64,000 nucleotides of DNA. Origin: Callorhinchus milii. Its lineage: Eukaryota. This document shows positions 21,290-34,544 of this stretch, piece by piece; positions within the stretch are counted from its first letter, which is position 1; each line of letters opens with the position of its first letter. Position numbers and translations under genes: made by a program. Under the pieces are notes generated by a model. That model searched no databases and was not told where the DNA came from. It saw only the letters and a program-made list of their open reading frames with translations. Location: contig NW_024704742.1 of assembly GCF_018977255.1 (NCBI RefSeq), forward strand, positions 54,872,001 to 54,936,000, given 5' to 3'.

Positions 21290-24069
21290 AGATATTGTAT
21301 ACTGCAGAGGAAACATGTGTTGTCTAAAATTTCAGGCACACAACTTCTCTTTTTGATTTAAAATGTCAGTATACTTTTTTAGTTATTCATTGTATATTAA
21401 TGAAAAATATAAATGTCCTTCCTCCCCCTCCCCTGGCTTGACCCTGGGATCCATTACTGTGAAGTGCTCTGAGATGCTGTCCAGCGTGGAGGGCGCTATA
21501 TAAATCCAAGTTGTTGTTGTTGTTGACAAGGAAAATGTAGAATCATTAGAAGGTTTACAGCCCCTCCTCTCAGTGAACTTCTGATATTTGTAGACCAGAA
21601 GTCACAGTTAACTCCAGTTTTAACTATATCACACACTGGATCTTTCTAAGACTCAGAACTAATGCTGCAGTAAAATGCTGCTCATTTACATTAATTGTTA
21701 CGCACATGGTCATTGAATTGAGAAGATACCATTCATTTTAATCCATTTAAAATTGCAATTATAAAGAAAGGAAATAAAACTGGAAAATAAATGTTCTTGC
21801 TGAGAGTTATGAATTATTGAAAAAGTGTTATTTACAGAGCTTGTATGAAGCAAGCATTCAATCCTTCGTACTGTGCTCACTAGACAGGAAAAATGTGATA
21901 AATACTGCATGATACTCCCCATTTTACAGGCTTGTTGGAGGATGCTACATGAAGGTCTACAATCCATTTTAGAAATCCTGTGCTTAAAGCAGTGTGACCA
22001 TAATTCATAAATAATTGATATAATCTGTCATTTTTCTGTCTGGTTGAAAACTGGAACTGACATATGAGTTGAAACCTATTTCTCAGCAAGTTCTGCTCAG
22101 CACCAAATGGACTGTTTTTCAGACAGGCTCAAAAAGTAGCTCAGTCATAAGATCTCAAGAGATGCTCAGATGATGAAGGACTTTTATCCTATTTCATCTT
22201 ATTTTTCCATCCTTCTATTGCAGCATCAAACTGTTTCTTAAATGAGTCCAGTGTCTGTGCCAGATTCAGGACCAGGGCACCTTTCCAAAGTGAATAAAAT
22301 ACCACATCTTAGGACGTGAGGAGAAAGTAGCAGGAGACTGTACATTAGAGCTATGTTATAATGTACTAGTTTGGGAGCGATTAATATGAATCTGTATTAT
22401 AATGGGACCACAATTGCCAGTCAGTGCTTCCACATTCATGGTGCATTCCCGCAATGAACCAGCTCACTTCCAGTGCACTGGGAATTTTTTAATGTTTTGG
22501 TGAGAAAATTTTGGGGTTCACACCCCAACTATGATAGAAGTGAATCTGTGTTACAAAGAAGTGGGTTAGAACAAGAATGAAACGCTTGTCATGCCATTGT
22601 AATATCTGCCATTGAAACACTCCTGGAACAACAACATGCAGACACACGGAAACACGTGCACGCATATACATACTCAAATGTGTAATAAAGTCATTGTTAC
22701 ATTGTACTGAATGCAAGCATATGTGTTTTTGTGCGTGAAAATGTTTGTGTATATATCTATATTCACAAATTTGATTGCGTTTGATTAAATATTCGCATTT
22801 AATCCTACCAAATAGTCACTATCCTTTACAGTAAATCCCTTGAAATGCTTTGAGAAGTTTCCTTAGGTCACTTGCCAGCTGCTGCATCGGTGAGCTCAGT
22901 CCCTTTTGTCCTTTCGGGAATTTAAATTTCAAACACATACTTTTGTTACAGAGCGCATTAGGGTTGGCCTGAACATGATTTCAATTGACAATAGCTGTCT
23001 TATGATTCTGAAAGCAGCTGGATCAGTATTGGGGGAAATCCTCCATATAACAAGAGACAGTGTGCTGCTCAGGTTCAAGGTGAGGCCGCTGATACCTGTG
23101 TGGCAGAATTTTACATGTGATGTGACTGTACCTCAGCTGGTACCCTTTTTAAATTAAAATTAAAACTGCAGTTATTTATTTCTATATCATTCATTCATTT
23201 AAAAAAGAAAATGGCGTTTCCTGGTGTTTTGGTCAACAAAACCCCAGATAAATATCCTCTCACTTGTTTTCAAATCCCTTCATGCCCTCGCACCTCCCAA
23301 CCTACCCGATCCCCTCCGCTCCACCATCGGTGGCCGTGCCTTCAGTCACTACGCCCCGAAACTATGGAACTCTCTCTCCTTCAACTGTGTTCCCTTCCTC
23401 CCCACTTTCAAATTCCACGTAAAGACTCTCTCTCTCTGGCTCAGTGTCAGACATTGCCACTGTCAAGCGTTCCGGGATGCTACACTGTGTGTCAGACACT
23501 ATATAAATGCAAGTTGTTGTTATAAAATTGGTCATTCACTTCCTGGCTATTTTTGGAACATTGCCATGTACAAATCCCGGCCATGTTTGGCTACAAAATA
23601 CAGCCTCTATACTGTATAGTAAAATCCTGCAAAGAGTTTTCAGATATCCTCAAAATATGAAAGATATTGTATCAAATACAAGGAATGTTATTACTTTTTT
23701 TCTATTTGACAAGCCTACATTTTCAAATATTGTGCATCCTCAGCCTACAGGTTAATAACCCTGAGTTTCTCTCTCCCAATGTCTTGACCGACAATTCCCC
23801 AAATAAAATTGTTCATTCACTTCATGGTTGTTTGTGCAACATTACTGTGTGCAAATTGATTGCTGTGTTTGCCCACAAAATACATAGTTATACAGGTATC
23901 CTGTGTAGTACTTTGAAACACTGTATCAAATGTAAGGATTTGTGATATATTTAAGTGGGGGCTCAGGATGCAAAAGGTTGCAACAAAAAGGCTAGAGGGA
24001 AAAGGCAGTGGTTTGGGATTATTGTATTTTATTTAGCTCCAGTATATGAGTAAATATCAGTGTATAATA

Positions 24070-24418
24070 ATAGTAGTAATCATTGCATTTGATATAACAC
24101 CTATAATGCTGAGAACATGTCAAAAGATTCTGTGAAGTGCAGCAGCCAATTTGTGCACAGTAATGTCCCACAGACAGCAATGTGTGAATGATCAATTTTA
24201 TCTGGAGGATTATTGGTCAGGACTCTGGGAGAAACCCCCTTCTCTTTCCAAATAAAAACACAGGAACTTTAACATCAACCTGAACAGGAGCTCTGTTTGA
24301 CCCCAACTGAGAGCTGACGGTCAGCCTAGACTATGAGGGCAAAAGTCCTGACTTGAGGTTTGAGCCCACAACCGCTTAACCCAAAGGCAAGGACACTGCT
24401 AACTGAGCCAAGCTGACA
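24070..24418 (-). mobile_element. Older Deu-domain SINE (degenerate)
   Basis: Reverse complement of the same layout, ending ACTGAGCCAAGCTGAC. Confidence 0.72.
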
Positions 24419-25740
24419 CCAAGTTTAGGCTCATTTGGGCTGAATAACCTCCTCTATAATTTCTGTGACTCTATGGGCAGGATCTACTATAACTGTGCCT
24501 CCTGACTTCAGTTAATTACTATGTCAGGAATACAGGAAGTATTCATAATGTCAAAACACTTACTCTGGCAGGCACGCAATACAGAATATCTGTATCTGTT
24601 TCTGGGCTGTAGACTTGCGGGCACAAGTCAGATGCTTTTTAATGTAATTTTCTATTTGCAGATCAATGCCTAAAGAAATTACAGGGTAAAGTTTGTGCCA
24701 TTTCATAATACATCCATTGTGTTGCAAAATGCCATGTGGATTGTGGTTTTTCTCCAATGGTACTGATGGTTTTATGCTCAGCAGCAGCGCCTCCACAATG
24801 GTCTCAGTTGCTGTTTGGCAGAGAAGTTTCACTGGTTCATATTTAGATGGTATTCCACACAACACATATTTCAAGTTTCGTTCATGGAATTAACGTCAAC
24901 CACAGCAGAAATTAAAGAAAGCTGATTTTATCACGTGCCAAAGGGATCTGTAAAAAAAAAATTGCAAAAATAATTCGTAGAAATGACTTCTGTCAACAGT
25001 GAGATGAAAATCTACAAAGTGAGCAGATTAATTAATAGGGAAAGGGATTGTTTTCCTGGCGTGATCTGTGCACCCACACCAAATGCCTGAAGTGGTCACC
25101 AAAACAATTGCCTGTTTATGTTTACAGAACGTGATATTTTCCAGAGCTTGGCTGGAAAGCAAATTTTCATTCTGGCACAATTTCACACCACATCTTGCAC
25201 CTTTGTGACGTGCATAAAATTAGGAACATGTTTTACTCAACTTTCATGTGTTTTCGGTTTATTTTTCCAGTTTTAACTTCAAAAATGAATGTTTTTCGTG
25301 TACCTTATGGCTATTATAAAGTGATACTCTGGACCACTAATTATTTATATATATACTGCTGAGTTTTGCGCAATGGTCCATTCTGTTTTGTTATAAGCTG
25401 ATACTCCAGTGCAGGCAGCACTGCACTGTCAGAGGTGTCGTCCTTTAAATGAGACATTAAACTGGGGTCCAGTCTGCCTGTTCAGGTGGATGTTAAAGAT
25501 CCTATGGCACTATTTGAAAAGAGAATGGAATTTTTCCTGGTGTCCTGGCTACCAATCCTGCAAATAAAATGGGTTATTTTCTTCATGGCTGTGGGATTTT
25601 GCTATGTATAAATTAGCCATTGTGTTCATCTACATATACATATATGTAGTCATTACACTTTACAGTGGATCCTGTGAAGCACTTTGAGATGTATTGATGA
25701 TGTGATAAGCGTCTATACCAAATACACAGATTATTATTAC

Positions 25741-26043
25741 AGCTCCCTCCCCTCAATGGGCTACAGCCTGCTTCACGTCCCCCACCTCACCCACCCCACC
25801 ATTGGTAGACAAGCCTTCAGCCACTCTGCTCCCTCTCTCTGGAATTCCATCCCGCAGTCCCTCCGCCACACCCCCTCCCTTGCCTCCTTTAAGACCCATC
25901 TAATGGCACTACTCTTCGACCATGTCTTCGATCACCCTCCCCGATCCCGACCCCCAACTTGGATCCAAAACACTGATTGTCCAGGGCCTTGGGATGTCCA
26001 CCTGACATGAAACACGCTATACAAATGTAATTTTGTTGTTGTT
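25741..26043 (+). mobile_element. L2 3' fragment abutting a headless Deu SINE (~25395-25740)
   Basis: Matches ~60170-60486; begins directly after the SINE's ATTATTAC tail. Confidence 0.85.
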
Positions 26044-26136
26044 ATATTTAAAGTAAATAGTAATCAATGTGTCCCATTAAAAGCAAGAATAACAATTATC
26101 AAATACTAAAATTAGCGCAACTCTGTTGTTCAACAG

Positions 26137-26169
26137 GTGTATTTTGAAGATGGATCATCACTGCCCTTG
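26137..26169 (+). CDS. ZDHHC2: ZDHHC2 coding exon 6 (catalytic DHHC motif, 33 nt)
   Basis: caacAG|GTGTATTTTGAAGATGGATCATCACTGCCCTTG|GTatgt; CILKMDHHCPW; phase 2-2. Confidence 0.97.
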
Positions 26170-27084
26170 GTATGTAGAACTATTGTGTTATATCAACCTC
26201 GTACTTGTTCCTTCATCAGTTTATGGGCTGAGGGAATAACAGTATCTCACTCTAGTGACAGCTGTGGCGTAGGTTCCCCTTTTCAGGAGAATGTTTACTA
26301 AAAGCAATTAACACTGAGGTTTTTTGTAAATCAAAGAAACAAATATGTTTAACTGTACTTGTGCAAATGACACACTAGGATCTATTATGCACCATGTGCA
26401 AATAATAATGTGACTTAATTGATGAATTCAGGTGTTCATTTCAGAAAAAGCCAGATGCCAGTGGCTTATGCTGTTGAGTGAGGTCTGTCTGCTGGATAAA
26501 TATTTGTCTTGTCAGTTTTTTTTTGGCTGATGTTCCGCATATCTCATCTATCTATCCCTACACTTGTAAAACTACTGGAAAAATGTGCAACATGATTCCA
26601 TGGCATTGGCTGCTCTCCACTAAATTGTCTAAGTGCCCATTTATCATGTGTGAACCTGAACAATGAGCGAAGGGAGAGAGGAATATCACCATGAAACCCT
26701 CATCCTCATGTCTACACACATGCAATTCAACTGGAGGTCACTGGATTTTTTAAGAAAAGGGCAGATGTTAGATTGTATAAATAGTGTAATTATTTTCCAG
26801 CATTAACATTTTGAATTGAGAAACGTATGACTATGCAGTAATTGCCAATATATTCTCCTTTATCCACACGAATCCCAGCATTCACTGCCCGATGAATAAG
26901 AAATGTAGGTCATACGTTTTTATAAAACAGCAATTCTCATTTTGTTTCGTTTAAAGTGCATACTAAGCAAGTGATTGAAATCATATATAAATGTTTTGTA
27001 ATTCTATTTGCCCATCAGTAACCTTAAAATCATCACGCTGATGTCTGAAATCTTTAATGATTGGCGTCCTGATATTCTTTACAG

Positions 27085-27205
27085 GGTCAACAACTGTGTC
27101 GGTTTCTCCAACTATAAGTTTTTCTTCCTGTTCCTGGCTTATTCACTGCTTTACTGCATGTTCATTGCTGCTACAGATCTGCACTTTTTTATCAAGTTCT
27201 GGACG
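27085..27205 (+). CDS. ZDHHC2: ZDHHC2 coding exon 7 (TM3)
   Basis: ttacAG|...|GTaagt, 121 nt; [40 protein letters not shown]. Confidence 0.97.
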
Positions 27206-28828
27206 GTAAGTGCTTATAACCTATATTTTTTGGAGGGCTTTCTACTCAGAAGGGGGCCATTCAGCTTGTCGTGTCTGTAATGAAAAATAACAAAAGGTTT
27301 GCTGTATTTAGTGACTAGTATCCTGTCAAAAAACTCCCATTAGTTTAATTCCATAAAAGGAATGGAAATAAAATAATAATTTGAGGCATACATAAGGGAG
27401 AAAAGAATAGAGGTGCTTAGGAGAGGAGAATAGAAGGGATGAGGGCTTGTGTGGAGTTTAAACACTGGCGTTGACTAGTTGGACTGAATGGTCTATCTCC
27501 ATGCCATATGTAACTCCGTATAATTGTGTACTGTGGCCCTACTCTGTGGTTATCAGACTGAAATTAATGGAAATCTCAGAGAGCAAACAAATGACCAAAT
27601 AGCTTTTTCTTCAAGCTATTCTTCTGGTGTCACCTCGCATCATTTAGAGATGAATAGATACGATGAATGGCACTGCCACCAGCCATCTCAGCTATACTTA
27701 ATGAGTCCCAATCTTCATCCTCTCTATCTGCAAATGCAGAGAAAAACTTTGCTTTGACTATCAGCAGTGATGCACTTTCGGACAGCCCTGTTGTGGCTCC
27801 TGGATGTCCCATCACTCATCCTGAGCTTCAAAGAACCTTGATTACCATTGAATCAGAATAGTCTCTGTATTGGACTGTCCTACCTTTAACAACCTTCATT
27901 ATCAATTGTTGCAATGGCACTAAACCTATTTACATTTAATATTATCCATTCACCAGAAGCTGTGCAATAACCTATTGGTCCCCTACATTACGAATCATAT
28001 TCTCAGATTTGTGTGGTTCAAAAGCATCGTGACAACAACAGGCCATACATTTCACCCCTCCCTCTCTCCCTCCCTTCTCTCTCCTCTCTTGCTTCCGTTC
28101 ATGTCCTTTCTTCACTTCTTTATGTATGTTATTTCCTTTGATCATTTTCAATTCCAGGTGTTCGGTTTACTTTGAGCATTTCAACTCATTCCATGTTCAT
28201 TGATCTCCTACCATTCTTTTCCTTCCATCTTTTCTGCTGACTCTTCATTTATCAAGGGTGGAATCCCACATGAGCGGCTGAAGAAATTTTGGGTAGGAAT
28301 CCTAAGATTTGATCAGCCCACCTGTACTGATGGGTACTGATCAACCACGTACAGTAGTTGGCAGAATATTAACTCGACGTGTTTAACACAGTATCATAGC
28401 TTTTGGAAAGTCTTATTTGTTATTTAAATATCGTGACCATTTGTAGTAATGTTATGGCTGCAAATGTGTCCCAGTTAATGTGAAGCTCTCTAATCTAAAA
28501 CCAGATCATTGACATAAAATCAATGAGGTAACATCTAAGTTATAGCAGAGTTTTGGAAAGTTCTTAAATTCGGTCTTACTTTGTAAGAAGAACTGCAGAA
28601 AACTGGCTTTCAAATTAAGTCTGAATATTCCCAAACTCTGCACGATATTACATTTTAAGTCTATTATCCGCAACACATTTTAACAACATCCTTAATGAAG
28701 GAACATTGGTGTGTTTAGGAATCCTGTCGTTTTGACCCTAATATGTGGGTTTTGAATGTCACCTTTTCAATATAAACCAATTCTGGTGTTTCCAGGAGTC
28801 TATTACCTTCCTATTCTTTTCTCTCTAG

Positions 28829-28961
28829 AATGGGCTGCCTGACACCCAAGCTAAGTTCCACATCATGTTCCTGTTCTTTGCAGCTGCAATGTTCTCCATC
28901 AGCTTGTCCTCTCTGTTTGGTTACCACTGCTGGTTAGTCAGTAAGAATAGATCTACACTAG
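28829..28961 (+). CDS. ZDHHC2: ZDHHC2 coding exon 8 (TM4)
   Basis: ctctctAG|...|GTaaga, 133 nt; [44 protein letters not shown](E). Confidence 0.97.
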
Positions 28962-29653
28962 GTAAGATGCAATGCCTATTATTGAAAGCTTTTTATTGGC
29001 TTCCTTTAGATAAAATAAGCTTTTAAGGGAAAAGCGGGGGGTGGGGTGATGTGTTATGTTTCCTCTCTCCATTCAGGCATGGTCTCTTGTAAATTATCAT
29101 TCCACAGTCAATAGAAGAGCTACTTCCAGGGATGCGCACACAGTTTATTAAGCTTGTGCATGACAATGTGGTGGAGATTCCCTCTGTTGGATACTCCTTT
29201 AAGAGTAAATTGACAATTAATAAAAGGGCCAATAAGAAGAAGAGCAGGACGTACAAAAGGACACTGGGAGAGGGATAACAGGTGGATTTATGAGTGTTTG
29301 GATTGACAAGTAGAGAAATACTAACACATCTTTATATTGGATCGAGTTATATTACACCCTCCCTCAGCTGAAATCAGAAACATTGAATTAGTCAGTGGGT
29401 CAATAATTTGATACTGGCTTAGAATAGATCAAATTCTGGTGAATGCTGAATATGAACGTGAATAGTAAGTATCCCTTTCCTACCACTATTTGGGTTCAGG
29501 AAGTGACTGTTAACTCTGCATTTAAGCTAATGCATTTAAAGCAATGAGCTCCAAGCAGCCGTGAGTTCTAATTGTTTAATTTAAAAAAAGAAACATTTCA
29601 TGTATTTTAATATGAATTATCAAATTGCTACCAACAATATTTTTTTGTTTCAG

Positions 29654-29780
29654 AAGCCTTTAGAGCTCCTGTCTTCCGACATGGACCAGATAAGAATGGT
29701 TTTAGTTTGGGCTGCAGCAAAAATATAAAACAGGCATTTGGAGATGAGAAGAAATATTGGTTACTGCCTGTCTTTACAAG
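29654..29780 (+). CDS. ZDHHC2: ZDHHC2 coding exon 9 (PaCCT region)
   Basis: tttcAG|...|GTactg, 127 nt; EAFRAPVFRHGPDKNGFSLGCSKNIKQAFGDEKKYWLLPVFTS. Confidence 0.97.
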
Positions 29781-31145
29781 GTACTGTTCACATCATTGGG
29801 TATTGCATCTGTGATAGAAATATAGAGGTCCATAGAATCTTACATGTTACAACTACAACTTGCATTTATATAGCGTCTCGGAGAACTGATCTTACAAGGT
29901 ACAGCACAGAAGAAGGTTATTTGGCCCATCGAGCCTTTGCTGGTATTATCTGCTTCACTAGAGTTATGTATCGTAATCACACTTCCACGATCTTTCAACA
30001 TACGTCTTTATATTTTTCTCTTCATATTCTCCTTCACCCCCTATTAAAAGTTGTTACAAGTTTAACTTTAGTACTCCAAATTCTATAAACAGATTGCTGT
30101 TATAGCAAAGAGAACAATATATCCCCATAGTCACTTACAGCAATGACCGTGTTTCCAAGAGGAACGACTTTAAAAAGCTGTAATATCTCTTAATCATTTC
30201 TAAGTGATTAATAATCGGGATTGTTTCTTTATACAGAAATGCATTCATTATATCTGTTAGTTTTGGTTTCATTTTACCAATAAGCAAACAGCCATATGAC
30301 TTGCAATGACAATTTGAAGGCTTTAAGAGCTTTTCCTTTTGGTGCCTACTGATCTTTCTTTGACAAGGGAACAACTTCAGGGTCAACCTTCAGTTGAGTA
30401 AAAATGACACACAAACCCTTGTTGACCTAAATAGACAGCAACCGAAGCAGCACAATGTGACTCTTCCTCTAGGGTGATAGTCTGCAGACTCCAAGCAGTT
30501 TCTCATTTTGTTGGAGGAGTAAAGATTATCTCACTCCAGGACTAAGTACTTGAGATGTTTTAGAATATAGAAAGCCTATTTGCGTGGCACAGTAATCTGG
30601 ACTCAGACATTTATCAGATAGATTGAAACATAAGAGACTGAGATTCACTTATCAAGAGAGTTAAAATAATTGTAATCAGATGAGAAGAAAGTCTACTGTA
30701 TTATCTTGCTAGAAGGAAGGACGGGATGTGAACAGATGGGCTGAAGGGCCTCTATCATACAAAGCAAAGTTGTGATCTTGTGAACTGCTGTTCAAAGATA
30801 AACACAGTAAGCGTGAAAGGTGGAGTATGTGATGTGATAAACATCACAACTATTAATGATCACGTCATGCAATTGTGAATGTACCAGTTGCTAACTGGTG
30901 CAATAACAACTATTCCTCAATCAGATTAGGAGGAAGGAAAAGTTGACAAAAATGTATGGCTGTTAATTCCAATAGTTCATCTATCAGTAGAATCAGTTAT
31001 TTTTGTTTACTAACAAACAAATACTATTATTGATAAAGAAAGTGCTGTTGTTATTGCAAAATTCTCAATAAATTGCCCTAAATGCAGGATTGATGTTACA
31101 CGTTTATGCTATTTTAAGCAACATACTTTAAAACTAGATAGGTAT

Positions 31146-31576
31146 GTCAGCCTGGCTCAGTGGTAACACTCTCGCCTGAGTCAGAGGATTGTGGGTTCAT
31201 CGGGACTTAGAATCACATAGTCTAAGCTGACATTCCCATGCAGTGCTGGGTGGTGTTGCATTGTTGGAGGTGCCATCCTTCGGATGAGACATTAAACCGA
31301 GGTCTCGTCTGCCCGTTCAGGTGAATGTTGAAGATCCTTTGGCACTATTCAAAAAGAGAATGGAGTTTCTCCCGGTGTCCTGGCCAATAAATCCCACAAA
31401 TAAAAAATTGGGCGCTCATTCCATAGCTGCTTGTGGGATATTACTGTGTGCAAACTGGCTGCTGTGAGTCGCCCACAAAATACACTTTACAGTGTATCCA
31501 GTAAAGCACTTTGAGACATCACGACGACATGATAAGGCACTATATCAAATGCAGGGATTATTATTATTTATTATTA
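31146..31576 (+). mobile_element. Older Deu-domain SINE, best-preserved copy
   Basis: GTCAGCCTGGCTCAGTGGTAACACTCTCGCCTGAGTCAGA...CGGATGAGACATTAAACCGAGG...TCCCGGTGTCCTGGCCAA...tail; ends ~50 nt upstream of exon 10. Confidence 0.88.
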
Positions 31577-31627
31577 TATTGTAGATTATAACAGTTGCAA
31601 AAACTAATAGTATTTTTGTTGGATTAG

Positions 31628-31720
31628 CTTGGGTGATGGATGTTCCTTCCCAACCTGTTTGGTTAATCAGGATCCAGAGCAACCCCCTACTCCAGCTGGA
31701 CACAACTCAACAACCAAAAA
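31628..31720 (+). CDS. ZDHHC2: ZDHHC2 coding exon 10
   Basis: ggattAG|...|GTaagt, 93 nt; LGDGCSFPTCLVNQDPEQPPTPAGHNSTTK(N). Confidence 0.95.
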
Positions 31721-33771
31721 GTAAGTGTCACCTTCATGCTTGTTTTCACTTACATTGTCGCCTAACAGACAGACTAACCATTTTGAAAAAGCACAGATAA
31801 GTGTTTTATGCCTGTGTAAGTACTGTGATCACCTACAAAATTTAGTCACTACACTTTATAATAATAACAATCCTTGCATTTGATATAGCATCTTATCATT
31901 TCTTCAAGACGTCTCAAAGCACTTCACAGAACATACTGTACAGTGAATTAATTGACTGTATAGTTTGAGAGTGAAGCATGGCAGCCAATTGCACACAGAA
32001 CAATAAAATGTTGTAAAGTGCTTTGAGATGTTCGCCTGATCAAAAGACGCTATATCAAAAAGTGGCCATTAGTGACTAAAAGCTTATTTACTTTTCTATC
32101 TCAACTTACACAAGTCTAAATTATGATATATGCAAACAGATTTATTGCGTTAATTCTGGTTTGTGAACTTCGGATTGCATGATTCGCAAAACGGCAATCA
32201 TAGCTCAAAGTCAACAAAGCCCTAATCAGACAGGCAAGGAAACACTAACATTTGCTATTTCGAGGCCTCACAATCTGATATTCGCAAAATAGTAGCAACG
32301 ATTAATGCAACAAATGCTATTTCCAATTAGCGCATTTTGGAGCAGATGATTCCTCAGAGTAGAGTGTTTCTGGCTCCAGACAATAGTACTTGCTGGCTAG
32401 GCTTTAACATAAGGACATTATTGACACTAGAAAATACAGCCTAACTCCAGTTTCCTTCAAGACAACTGTGGAATAGTTTGTTGATTCCTCAAGTGAAGTG
32501 TCGTTTATTAACTCACAGTAATAAAACCGTAAATTGTGTTTTACAGCTACAACTTGCATTTATAATGAGAAAAAATGTATGCATTTCTTACACGTGGAAT
32601 AAACTAATTTTTCCACTGGCCTGTACCAGTACATGTGAGGGTAATTTCATTTCGTGTTTTTATAAACTGTGGGTTTAATCTGTTTATCCCCATTATATCA
32701 CGTAGCTGGTTCCCATCTCTCGCCCTTCTGACTGGTCACGTTGTTAAAAAAAANTCCTCCCTGTTGGTATTGAGAAGTGAATTCACTAGAATGTCTTTGT
32801 GAGAAATATCAAAAACAACTTACATTTATATAGCTTCTTTCACGTTGGGAGAACATCTGAAAACGCTTCACACTTTCAACCTCAGAAGAGTGTTAATACA
32901 CTGATACACAAGTGTAGCTTTTTAATGCTTCCCATACTAGTTATCCTGAGTGAGATTGCAAATTGGAGATTTCAATTTGGGATTGTTTTGGATTGTGGAC
33001 CATTGCTTATTTGGAAGAGTGTAGATTAGCCACAAACTCGCTTCATTCAGGATTCTTCTGCAGCCATCAAAGAGAAAAGATTGCGATGCTGAATTCCCCA
33101 GAGCGTAAAGGAGAGTGTGTTAATCTTGTGCCACTTCAGCTGTGTACAACCATCAATAACTGTGCTATAGTACAACTTTCATAAAACAACTCAGATTAAT
33201 AGATTTACAGAAGTAGTGAACAAGGGAGAATTACAATACTTTTGGTTGCAGTAATCTCATAGAGACATACTAACTTGATATACCTGAACATGAATGATAA
33301 TAGTTACAATAAACTGCATTGAAATGTATTTTGAATTAGGTACCATGAAGGTGCAAACATGCTCTTTGTTGGCTGTAGAGAATTTAAAGAGTGGAATAGA
33401 AATTCACTAGGTCTAGCTCGGACCACGTGTCAAACGAATACATTACTATTGTGTACTTTTACTTATCATGTTACTCAATAGAAGCTTTCATCTGTTCAAG
33501 AGCTTGAATCGTGCTGCTATTTTGTCTGCAAGTACACTGGCTAGCTTGTCATTCCTGGTAAGGATTGAGGTTGTTCTAAAGTATTATATGGTTTGCTCAC
33601 CTTCACCCTTGATTTAAGTTGAGTTAAATAGTAAAGCTGCTATTGTCGAAGTGTACTATTTTGCAGAGCATTATTCTTTTTACCTTGTGTGCAGGAGCTC
33701 AGAATTCATTAGGTAAAAAGGTGAAGAGATTTGTTTTAATGTTAATACATTAATCTGAATGTATACATTAA

Positions 33772-34347
33772 CCAGGCTCCACTAGCTCCCCATCACTAAA
33801 CGGATCAACTTCAAGATCCTCACACTAATGTTCAAATCCTTCACTCTCTGGCACCTCCCTACCTCTCCGACCTCCTCACTCCACAATCTACCACCCAGCG
33901 TCTCCGCTCAACTGGCACCGGCCTCCTGCTCGTCCCTCACGCCCTCTGCCCCACCATCGGAGGTCGCGCTTTCAGCCACAATGCCCCAAAACTCTGGAAC
34001 ACTCTTCCTCAATCCCTCTGCCTTTCCCCCTCTCCTTTTTCAAGTCCCGCCTGAAAACCTTTCTCTTTGACCGTGCCTTCAGCTCCCCTCTCGACTCTCT
34101 TCCTCCTCCTCGCTCCCTCCCTTCCCTCCCCTCACCGTGACCATTTCCCCCCTCCTCTCTCCCTCCCTTCCCTCCCCTCACACTGACCATTTCCCCCCTC
34201 CTCGCTCCCTCCCTTCCCTCCCCTCACCCTGACCATTTCCCCCCTGCTCGGGTCATGACCCAACTGTGCAGCGCCTTGGGACGTCCTCCTGACGTGAAAG
34301 GCGCTCTATAAATGGAATCTTGTTGTTGTTGTTGTTGTTGTTGTTGT
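33772..34347 (+). mobile_element. L2 3' fragment with internal minisatellite and (TTG)n tail
   Basis: TTCAAGATCCTCAC...CTCTGGAACACTCTTCCTCAATCCCTC...GGGACGTCCTCCTGACGTGAAAGGCGCT...(TTG)9. Confidence 0.85.
34105..34245. repeat. 46-bp minisatellite, 3 copies, pyrimidine-rich
   Basis: TGACCATTT recurs at 34138, 34184 and 34230; unit CCTCCTCGCTCCCTCCCTTCCCTCCCCTCACCCTGACCATTTCCCC. Confidence 0.9.
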
Positions 34348-34544
34348 TAAGCACTCTGAGACATTACCCTGCAGGGAGGGTGCTATATAAGTGAAAGTTG
34401 TTGGTATTGTTGAATATTTCACACCAAATAAAATGTAATTTTAAATTCACCTTTTAATGAAGACACCTGAGGGTTGAGATCAAATGTGCCAAAGACTTCT
34501 TCATCTGAATTTGTGTTGTGATCTTTTGTCTCCTTGATTGACAG

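Noticed and set aside
27620..27861. Overlapping ~60-aa ORFs on both strands in intron 7
   Set aside because: No homology I recognise, and exons 7 and 8 already join to give the complete ZDHHC2 sequence.
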